A stretch of DNA of 20,000 nucleotides from an uncultured virus (IMG/VR IMGVR_UViG_3300044535_000365) (taxonomy: Duplodnaviria > Heunggongvirae > Uroviricota > Caudoviricetes): the IMG/VR virus record IMGVR_UViG_3300044535_000365; one strand, written 5' to 3'. Numbering within the stretch: position 1 is the stretch's first letter; every line of letters begins with the position of its first letter. Position numbers and translations under genes: made by a program. This document shows positions 1 through 8,900 of this stretch, piece by piece. Below the pieces are notes generated by a model that was not told where the DNA came from, ran no database searches, and was given only the letters and a program-made list of their open reading frames with translations.

Positions 1-155
1 TAAAGTCTCTGGGTTTTAACGACTTTCAACTATTAATGAATTTAAATGATTCTGCGCGAATATTGATCAACGATTATAATGAGTTAAACCCATATCCAGG
101 AGCAACTGCTATTAACATACGAAGAAATTCAGATAATTTGGGTGATTTCTTCTGA
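1..155 (+). CDS. 3' end of a gene entering the window, possibly a HAD-like phosphatase domain
   Basis: Frame from nt 3 reads KSLGFNDFQLLMNLNDSARILINDYNELNPYPGATAINIRRNSDNLGDFF to TGA 153-155. The RILIND segment resembles the C-terminal motif of small HAD-family proteins found in sugar clusters (from memory). Confidence 0.55.
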   Translation, partial: KSLGFNDFQLLMNLNDSARILINDYNELNPYPGATAINIRRNSDNLGDFF

Positions 156-191
156 AGGCTATAGCAAATTTTTTCTTCACGAGGAATTACA

Positions 192-629
192 ATGTCTAAA
201 TTAGTTAAAAAACCATGGGGCCATGAATCATGGATAGAAGATGGTACCAGAACCCCCTATGCTGTAAAAAATATATTATTCTTAGCAGGAAACCGTACTA
301 GCTTGCAAGTACATAAGTACAAATGTGAAACTAATTGTATTATCAAAGGTACGGGTAAATTGTATCGCAGTAAAACTATATTTGATATAGATATGTTTTT
401 AGAAAAAGGAATGACTATAGGCCAGGTAAATGAATACGAAGAAACGTTTGAAGTGATAGAACTCTCTCCGGGAGTAACATTTACTATAACACCGGGTATT
501 GTCCATAGAGTTGTTGCTGTTACTGATTTAGAGTTTATAGAAACCAGTACTACTGAGTTAGATGATGTTTATAGATTACAAGACGATGCAGGAAGAACAC
601 ACGGTAGGATTATAAGTGAACATGAATAA
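192..629 (+). CDS. Cupin-fold protein (mannose-6-phosphate isomerase type II C-terminal-like / sugar isomerase)
   Basis: KPWGHE, SLQVHKYKCET and PGIVHR cupin motifs; SD GAGGA at 181-185. Confidence 0.85.
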   Translation: MSKLVKKPWGHESWIEDGTRTPYAVKNILFLAGNRTSLQVHKYKCETNCIIKGTGKLYRSKTIFDIDMFLEKGMTIGQVNEYEETFEVIELSPGVTFTITPGIVHRVVAVTDLEFIETSTTELDDVYRLQDDAGRTHGRIISEHE

Positions 630-2163
630 CATTACTGTTATTATCCCTACTGCTGGATTGGGATCACGATTGGGAGTTATATCTCAATTTATAAACAAAA
701 GTTTAGTATCATATAAACATAAACCAGTGTTATCACATATTATAGAACAGTTCCCCAAAGACACTAAGTTTATTATCCCTATTGGATACAACAAACAACA
801 AGTAAAAGACTTTTGCGAATTAACGTACAGTGATAGAAATATTGAATTTGTTGATATAGAACATTATAAACAATCTTGGACAGGCCCGGGCTACACAATA
901 ACACAGTGTTTAGATAAAATTAATAGTTCGTTCTTTTATATTCCATGTGACACCTATTTTAATGAAAATATATTGGGTGAGTATAATGAGGATACTTACT
1001 TTGTAAAACAAGTTGATCAAAAATTGCATCAAGAATATACTACTTTTAATGTAAAAGATGATAGGATAAAAGAGTATAAATTTAAACAAAATACTGATAG
1101 TTCTTGGTCTTCATTTACTGGAGTAATGTTTATAAAAGATTTTGATTCTTTCAAGAAAAGATTGTTAACGCGAGACAGTCCTGAAATAATTTATACTATT
1201 TTATTAAATAGCAAAGTTAAAAACTTAGATTCTTGGTTAGATTTTGGCAACTTAAATATTTACCAAAATGAAGTTAAAAAGACCGAACATTATGATTTTA
1301 CTAAAACAGATGAAGTTACATACATTGTTAATAACAAAGTAGTAAAATGTTGGAAAGATCCTGAAGTATCTATTAAAAAATATAAAAAGTATTTAACTAA
1401 CCCCAATGCTTACCCTCGTAATGTTAAGCAACAAGGGCAATTTTTAGTGTATGATTATTGCCCGGGTTCTACTTTATATGTAAAAAATGATCCAAATGTT
1501 TTTTCTGATTTCCTTGAATGGTTAGACAAAAAAGTATGGATAAAAAAACACGCTGATATTAATTCAGATGCGCTAAACTTCTATAAAGACAAAACATTAA
1601 AAAGAATAAAAATGTTTATAGAAAAAAACAAAAATTTACCAGAAGTGACTCATGTTAATGATGTTCCGGTAAAAGACTACACACATTATATACAAAATAT
1701 AAATTTTGATATGCTATGCAACGATATTATACCTTCGTATACTCACGGCGATTTACAATTTGATAATACTATTATTACTGATACCAATGAATTTATTGTT
1801 ATAGACTGGAGACATGAATTCGGTACTTCTGTTGAAGTAGGAGATTTGTACTATGATTTGGCAAAGTTATATGGTGGATTTGTAATAGATTATAGTAAGA
1901 TTAAAAACAATACTTTTGAGATAACCAAAAAAGGTACTAAAGTTTATCTAGATGTACCTCACTGTGACGATTATGAATACTATATATCCAAACTACTAGA
2001 ATATATAAGAGATAAAAACTATAATGAACATAAAGTAAAGTTACTTGTTCCTATTATATTTTGGAACATGTCGCCCTTACATACTAAACCCTTTGATGAG
2101 TTTTTATGGTATTTAGGTATTCTTATGTTTTCTAAATTAGAATTAAATGAAACGATTCATTAG
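622..2163 (+). CDS. Sugar nucleotidyltransferase (GT-A NTP transferase) fused to a choline/aminoglycoside-kinase-like domain
   Basis: N-terminal IPTAGLGSRLG...NKSL and PCD; C-terminal HGDLQFDN and IDWRH phosphotransferase motifs. ATG 622 preferred over GTG 616. Confidence 0.85.
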   Translation: MNNITVIIPTAGLGSRLGVISQFINKSLVSYKHKPVLSHIIEQFPKDTKFIIPIGYNKQQVKDFCELTYSDRNIEFVDIEHYKQSWTGPGYTITQCLDKINSSFFYIPCDTYFNENILGEYNEDTYFVKQVDQKLHQEYTTFNVKDDRIKEYKFKQNTDSSWSSFTGVMFIKDFDSFKKRLLTRDSPEIIYTILLNSKVKNLDSWLDFGNLNIYQNEVKKTEHYDFTKTDEVTYIVNNKVVKCWKDPEVSIKKYKKYLTNPNAYPRNVKQQGQFLVYDYCPGSTLYVKNDPNVFSDFLEWLDKKVWIKKHADINSDALNFYKDKTLKRIKMFIEKNKNLPEVTHVNDVPVKDYTHYIQNINFDMLCNDIIPSYTHGDLQFDNTIITDTNEFIVIDWRHEFGTSVEVGDLYYDLAKLYGGFVIDYSKIKNNTFEITKKGTKVYLDVPHCDDYEYYISKLLEYIRDKNYNEHKVKLLVPIIFWNMSPLHTKPFDEFLWYLGILMFSKLELNETIH

Positions 2164-2878
2164 TCTTAGCAAATATCCAAGTTCTAACGGAAAATATTTT
2201 TACACTAATTTCTTTAAGCTTTACAACATAGAAGCTGAATATGTTCCCTTACCGGCTACTGATGAAAATTTTGAAGATCAAATAAGAGCAGCAATAGATC
2301 AGGGCGTTAGTGGTATAAGTGTAAGTATGCCATTTAAGCAGCAAGCAAGTTTGATGCTTAATTATTGTGACTCTTCGGTCAGCAACTACAACTCATGTAA
2401 TACAATTGTTATTAAAGACAAAAAGCTATACGGGTATAATACCGACATTGAAGGCGTTATCCAAACATCTACTAAAATACAATCAAAGTCAGTTGCTATA
2501 CTAGGCGACGGATCAATGGCTAGCATGTATAGTAAATATTTATCCAACAGAGACATCACTATAAATATGTATAGTCGCAGATTGCAAAACTGGGACGATA
2601 GACATGATAACAATGCTGAAGTAGTTATAAACTGCACCGGTATAGGAACGGTTGATGATGAAAGTCCTTTGCTTAGTTTAAAAAACAAGAAACTAGTAAT
2701 AGACTTAGCAATAAAAAAGAAAGAATTATACAAACAATGTCTAAACAACGATGTAGAATACATAAGTGGGTCAGAGTTTTACAAACATCAATTTTTAAAA
2801 CAATTTATGTTATATACCGGTGTACTAGTAAACGAACTAGAATTTGACAAAATAGAAGCTGAAAAAAATGATTACTAA
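2147..2878 (+). CDS. Shikimate dehydrogenase-like oxidoreductase (SdhL-type)
   Basis: SVSMPFK, NTIV, GYNTD..G, Rossmann LGDGSMA and INCT.IG motifs. N-terminal ISLSKYPSSNG resembles the SdhL (HI0607-like) subgroup. Confidence 0.85.
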   Translation: MKRFISLSKYPSSNGKYFYTNFFKLYNIEAEYVPLPATDENFEDQIRAAIDQGVSGISVSMPFKQQASLMLNYCDSSVSNYNSCNTIVIKDKKLYGYNTDIEGVIQTSTKIQSKSVAILGDGSMASMYSKYLSNRDITINMYSRRLQNWDDRHDNNAEVVINCTGIGTVDDESPLLSLKNKKLVIDLAIKKKELYKQCLNNDVEYISGSEFYKHQFLKQFMLYTGVLVNELEFDKIEAEKNDY

Positions 2879-3347
2879 GTTAGTTTTGGATATAGACGGG
2901 GTATTAACTACCGGTCACTTAATATATAGTAAAGAAGGAAAAATATATAAAGTATTTGGTCCACATGATAGTGATGGCTTAAAGATAATTAAAAATTATA
3001 TAAAAGACATACAGTTTATAACGGCTGACAAGGTTGGCTGGGATATCACCTATGCTAGAATTGTAACTGATTGGAAGTTTAGCTCAGAACAGTTGCATCT
3101 TGTTCCTGAAGGACATCGTATGGAATGGTTCATAGATAATTGTAATCTAGATGAGACTGCGTTTATAGGTGACGGTTATCACGATGCTCCTATTCTTGAA
3201 AAAGTTAAGATAGGTATAGCACCCTCAAGTGCTAGAAAAGAAGCAAAACAAGCGGCTAAATTTATCACTGAAAGCGCGGCTGGATCTGGTGCAGTTCTTG
3301 ACGCTTGTTTGTATTTAAAGGATGTTATTATTAATGAACATAAGTAA
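2868..3347 (+). CDS. KdsC/YrbI-family HAD phosphatase (KDO-8-P phosphatase-like)
   Basis: LDIDGVLT motif I, D.DG, IGDGYHD motif IV and the A...A...AK tail typical of the family. Confidence 0.88.
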   Translation: MITKLVLDIDGVLTTGHLIYSKEGKIYKVFGPHDSDGLKIIKNYIKDIQFITADKVGWDITYARIVTDWKFSSEQLHLVPEGHRMEWFIDNCNLDETAFIGDGYHDAPILEKVKIGIAPSSARKEAKQAAKFITESAAGSGAVLDACLYLKDVIINEHK

Positions 3348-4431
3348 ATTTAAACTAGGTCTAGGACCTATGAGTAAAGATATAGTAAATCTTTGCTTAG
3401 AATATAGTAAGATTCACGATTATCCTATCATGTTAATAGCTAGTAGAAATCAAGTAGATTTTGATTCTGGCTATGCGTTTACTACTGAATCTTTTGTTGA
3501 GTATGTTAAACAAAATAAAAATTATGATCCTAACCGAGTATTGATTTGTAGAGATCATTGCGGACCTTACTTTAGTGATGATGATAAACGCTTAACTTTA
3601 GATTATGCAGTAAATAGATGCTTAAAAACTATAGAAACTGATATAGAGTCAGGATTTGATTTAATTCATATAGACGTAAGTAGAGTAAGTCAAGATATGC
3701 AAGAATCAGTAGCAATCAAGCTATTTGATTATGCATTGTCACTTAATCCTGATATCATGTTTGAATTTGGTAGTGAAGATAATACTAATACTGGATTAGA
3801 TGAAAGTATTGCTAACTTAGACAAGCAATTAGTGTTTGTTCAAAAATATAAAAATAATTTAAAATTCTTTGTTACGCAAACCGGAAGTTTAACTAAACAC
3901 ACTCAAGTTGGAACATTTGATCCAATTGTGAATAAAGTAACTTCAGAAAAGATACACTCATATGGATTGATGTTCAAAGAACATAACGCTGATTATTTGT
4001 TAGAAAGCGATTTATTGTATAGAACAAAAGCAAATGTAGATGCAGTTAATATAGCTCCTCAATTGGGATCTATACAATCCACTGTATTATACCAACTAAG
4101 AGATCATTGTTCGGCAGAATTTGCTGTCTTTTTTATTTCAGTAATTAATAGTGATTATTGGAAAAGGTGGGTGTTATCAGAATCAGATTCTGATAATTTT
4201 ACTAAATTTAGAGTTGCTGCTCATTATTGCTATAATTATAGTGAGGGTAAAAAACTTATGGCTATATTAAACGAAACTGAAGAATTTAAAAATAATCTAA
4301 GAACTGAGATTTTTTCACTGTTGAGTATATACAAAAAGGGATTAGAATCGTCATATCAAGATGAAAGAGAACAACGATTAAAAGCGAGATTGGAAGAACT
4401 TAGAAAACGAGATCCATTTATTTACCAATGA
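3334..4431 (+). CDS. Tagatose-bisphosphate aldolase / GatZ-KbaZ-like TIM-barrel protein with a C-terminal RKRDPFIY extension
   Basis: IASRNQVD..GY, RDHCGP, GFDLIHID, EFGSE, KEHNADY and NIAPQ motifs. ATG 3334 follows AAGGA. Confidence 0.8.
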   Translation: MNISKFKLGLGPMSKDIVNLCLEYSKIHDYPIMLIASRNQVDFDSGYAFTTESFVEYVKQNKNYDPNRVLICRDHCGPYFSDDDKRLTLDYAVNRCLKTIETDIESGFDLIHIDVSRVSQDMQESVAIKLFDYALSLNPDIMFEFGSEDNTNTGLDESIANLDKQLVFVQKYKNNLKFFVTQTGSLTKHTQVGTFDPIVNKVTSEKIHSYGLMFKEHNADYLLESDLLYRTKANVDAVNIAPQLGSIQSTVLYQLRDHCSAEFAVFFISVINSDYWKRWVLSESDSDNFTKFRVAAHYCYNYSEGKKLMAILNETEEFKNNLRTEIFSLLSIYKKGLESSYQDEREQRLKARLEELRKRDPFIYQ

Positions 4432-5939
4432 TTATTTTAGGAATTAGTGCAGGGTTTCATGATGCTGCGGTTACTGTGTTACAAGACGGTAACATCGTCT
4501 TTGCCGCACACAGCGAACGATACAGTAAAATAAAAAATGATTGTTTCTTGAATCAAGAAATCATTAATGCAGCACTTGCGTTCGGCAAGCCCGATCAAAT
4601 TGTTTTACACGAAAAGAACTTTTTCAAAAAGCTAAGACATATAAGGGCAGGCTCGTGGCAAGCTCTAAAAGAACCTAGTACGAAAGAATGGATTGAACAA
4701 TTTTATCCTCAATTAGCAGGAATACCTATAAAAGAATATTGGCATCATGAAACACATGCGGCAGCAGGCGTGTTAACTAGTGACTTTGATGAATGTGCCA
4801 TTATGGTTATAGATGCCATAGGCGAATTTGATACTGCTACGATATGGCATTGGAAAGATAATAAGCTTACTAAAAAGCATAGCGTAAAGTACCCTAGTAG
4901 TCTTGGCTTATTCTACAGTGCTATGACACACAGAGTTGGCTTAAAGCCAATGGAAGATGAGTACATTCTTATGGGCATGGCTGCTTATGGCTCTAAGGAT
5001 GCCGCTACTTTCCTCAGCTACAAAATGTCACATGATTTCTTTAGCTACCCTGAACCTTTTCATAATCCTAGAAAAGCATTAAAAATGAAAAAGAACTTAC
5101 ATAGAGGTATATCAAAAGACATGTACACTGAGTATACTGATTATGATATTGCTAGAGCAGCACAAATGGAAGTAGAAAAAAGAATTATGGCTTATGCACT
5201 GTATGCTAAAGAACTTACTAATTCAAATAATTTAGTTTTCATGGGAGGTGTAGCTCTTAACTGTGTAGCAAATAGTGAATTGTTCAGATGGTATGAAAAC
5301 ATTCATATCATGCCAAACCCAGGTGACGCAGGTAGTTCTCTTGGTGCAGCAGCACTAGAGCATTTTAACAGAACTGGTAATAAAGTTAATTGGCAAACTC
5401 CTTACTTAGGTTATGATATTAAGGGCGAGTATCCTATACAAAAAGCACTTGAGAGTTTAGAGCGTGGTGAAATATTTGGTATAGCAAACGGTAAGGCAGA
5501 GTTTGGACCTAGAGCGTTAGGCAATCGTAGTTTGATGGCTGATCCAAGAGGCAATGAAATAAAAGACAGAGTAAACGCTATTAAGCATAGACAAAAGTTT
5601 AGACCATTTGCACCTGTTATCATGGAAGAGTTTGTACACGAATACTTTGAAATGCCCAACAATACAGTATCACCTTATATGCAGTTTGTTGCTAAGTGCA
5701 AAAAGCCCACTAAGTTTCCTGCTATTATACACGCAGACGGTACAAGCAGAGTGCAAACTGTTAACTACGAACAGCATCCTGGTTTATATACTTTGTTAAA
5801 AGAGTTTTACAAAAAGACTGGGTGTCCTATTCTGTTAAACACTAGTTTGAATATCAAAGGTCAGCCTATTGTAAATGATGAACAAGACGCTATTGCTTTC
5901 TCACAAAAGTATAATTTACCTGTCTACACCAAAGATTAA
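4428..5939 (+). CDS. O-carbamoyltransferase, NodU/CmcH family
   Basis: FHDAA, HHETHAA, GGVALNC, PGDAG, EFGPRALGNRS, RPFAP and LNTSLN motifs. Confidence 0.95.
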   Translation: MIILGISAGFHDAAVTVLQDGNIVFAAHSERYSKIKNDCFLNQEIINAALAFGKPDQIVLHEKNFFKKLRHIRAGSWQALKEPSTKEWIEQFYPQLAGIPIKEYWHHETHAAAGVLTSDFDECAIMVIDAIGEFDTATIWHWKDNKLTKKHSVKYPSSLGLFYSAMTHRVGLKPMEDEYILMGMAAYGSKDAATFLSYKMSHDFFSYPEPFHNPRKALKMKKNLHRGISKDMYTEYTDYDIARAAQMEVEKRIMAYALYAKELTNSNNLVFMGGVALNCVANSELFRWYENIHIMPNPGDAGSSLGAAALEHFNRTGNKVNWQTPYLGYDIKGEYPIQKALESLERGEIFGIANGKAEFGPRALGNRSLMADPRGNEIKDRVNAIKHRQKFRPFAPVIMEEFVHEYFEMPNNTVSPYMQFVAKCKKPTKFPAIIHADGTSRVQTVNYEQHPGLYTLLKEFYKKTGCPILLNTSLNIKGQPIVNDEQDAIAFSQKYNLPVYTKD

Positions 5940-5973
5940 TTTCAACAGTAAGTATTAACTTCTAAATAGTTTC

Positions 5974-8900
5974 ATGATTAGAGACGTATTTTACTACAAC
6001 AAAAAACCCAATGTTCATCCGAGAGAAAAGTTTGCTGAGTCATTAGAAGACGCTAGACAACAAGCAACTACTGAACATTTCTGGATAATCAACGAATATG
6101 GTGATTATAAAAACTTTGACTGGGATTGGGACTTTGAGTTCTTACCTGACGAAGATGTATGGGCGCAAGATCATAATAATGTTTGGCCTAGCCAACATCA
6201 AAAAGATTCAGGAACTTGGTTGTGTCCTAAAGATCACAAAGGATACACAGTATACCGTGCTGATGTTGACCCAGTTAACAGAAAAAATGAAATTACTGAG
6301 TGCTGGAAAGTATTAGACGATATTGATCAAACAAAGTTTGATTTTTCATGGCACCCTGATCCTACTGATCCTCCTTATATCTATGTATGGGGTAACAAGT
6401 GGGTATCAGCAGAACTAAAATCAACTATTGAATATCATGTAGAGGGTGCTACTGACGTAAAGTTTATGACAAGATTAGTTGAACTTGTTGAACAAAAATC
6501 ACGATGGAAAGAATTAGAACTTATAGATAAAAACAAGTTTGACTTTACTTGGAGACCTGATCCCACTGAACCGCCGTTTATATATAAATGGGGTTGTAAG
6601 TATTTTCCGGTAGAAGAAAAGCACGTACTTGAATATCATGTACCTGATGCCACAGAAATAAAATATATGGATCAAGTAATTGAACTATTACCTGAGTGGG
6701 ATCGGTGGAAAGAACTAGAACTTATTGACAAGTCTACTTTTGATTTTACTTGGCGTCCTGATCCAACAGAACCATCCTTCATTTACAAATGGGGTTGTAA
6801 ATATTTTCCAGTAGAAGAAAAGCACGTACTTGAGTATCACGTACCTGATGCCACAGAAATCAAATATATGGATCAAGTAATTAATCTAGTACCTGAGTGG
6901 GATCGGTGGAAAGAAATTGAATTAATAGACAAAACTAAATTTGACTTTACTTGGCGCCCCGATCCTAAGGAACCGCCGTTTATATATAAGTGGGCTTCTA
7001 AGTACTATTCTATGTTTGAAAGACACGTACTTGAATATCATGCACCAGGTGCTACTGAAGTAAAATACATGGATGAAGTAGTTGAATTAGAATCACAATG
7101 GGATAGATGGAAAGAAATTGAGTTAATAGACAAAACTAAATTTGATTTTACTTGGCGTCCTGATTTACACGAGCCACCATTCATATATAAGTGGGGCTGT
7201 AAGTATTTTCCAGTAGAAGAAAAGCATGTGTTAGAATATCGCGTACCTGATGCTACAGAAATCAAATATATGGATCAAGTAATTGAACTATTACCTGAAT
7301 GGGATCGTTGGAAAATAAATTATTCCATTGATAAATCTACTTTTGATTTTTCTTGGAGACCTGATCCAAAAGACCCTCCGTATATTTATGTGTTTGGTAA
7401 TAAGCAATACTCTGCTGAAAAGATGCCTACAGTAGAATACTACTGCGCTGGGGCTAATCAAATCAAATATATGGATCAAGTAATTGAACTTTTACCGGAA
7501 TGGGATCGTTGGAAAGAATTAGAACTTATTGATAAGTCTACTTTTGATTTTTCTTGGCATCCTGAGCCTACTGAACCTCCTTTTATATACCGATGGGGTT
7601 GTAAGTATTTTCCAGTAGAAGAAAAACATGTACTTGAATATCACGTACCTGATGCTACTGATATTAAATTTATGGATGAATTAGTTGAGCTAGTACCTGA
7701 ATGGGATCGGTGGAAAGAACTAGAACTAGTAGATAAAAATAAATTTGACTTTACTTGGAGACCTGATCCAAAAGAACCCCCATTCATATATAAGTGGGGC
7801 TGTAAATACTTTCCAGTAGAAGAAAAACATGTACTTGAATATCGCGTACCTGAAGCTACTGAAATCAAGTTCATGGATGAGTTAGTAGAACTGTTTCCTG
7901 AATGGGATAAGTGGAAAATTATACATCCAGTAAATAAAAACAAATTTGACTTTACGTGGAGACCTGATCCAAAAGAACCTCCGTATATTTATGTGTTTGG
8001 TAATAAGCAATACTCTGCTGAAAAGATGCCTACAATAGAATATCATGTTTCAGAAGCAACAGAAAGAAAATATATTGACGATATTAAAGCAATATTAATG
8101 CCTAACTTTAACAATTGGCAAATACCCAGTGACTTTGATAAAGACACATTTGATTTTACTTGGCATCCTGATCCTCATTCACCTTCGTACATATACCAGT
8201 TTGGTAGTATTGCAGACAAAAACGATGGTCCTAGATATGTCACACCTGATAACACAGGCGACATTGTGTATCTAGAGATTGGAATACAAGTAAAAAAATA
8301 TCAAATAGAAACTACATTAGATAATTTAGTGAAACAACATTCTACAGAAGTATTTTGGGCAACTAGAAAAAATATTAATTATCAAGATTTTGATTTTACT
8401 TGGAGACCAGACTTAGTAGACGGATCGTGGGAGTCAACTTATGTAAGCGTATTTGGTTCAGTGGACAGTGAATTAACACACACGTATTTTGTTAATGCAA
8501 AATCATACATAAGAGGGAACACTCAGTTAAAGTTTATTGAAACTACTGGGCTAGATGAAAAAGCATTGTCTAAACTGTTCGTAAAGCCTGATATGTTTTT
8601 TGTAGATAGGTACAATCAAAATGCTACCTCAAAATATGAACAGTTGAAAGAAAGATTCCCTACGATACAAAAAGTTCGTTATATAAGTTCTTGGGTTGAC
8701 ACTATCAATCGTTGTGCAAACAAAGCTACTACAGAATTGTTTTGGATTCTAGACAGTGAATTAGATTACACAAACTTTGACTTTAATTATTATCCTAACC
8801 CCTGGCAAATGAAAATGTTAACAGTGTTTGGTACTCAATGGTCACGTTGGGGTACTACGTTTTTAGTAAACAAAGAAACATTCCCTGAAGATACTAAGTA

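Noticed and set aside
6304..8115. CRISPR array or DGR template/variable repeats
   Set aside because: The units are contiguous, in-frame 201-bp coding repeats with no unique spacers. Differences are largely synonymous and not adenine-specific, and there is no cas or reverse transcriptase gene in the window.
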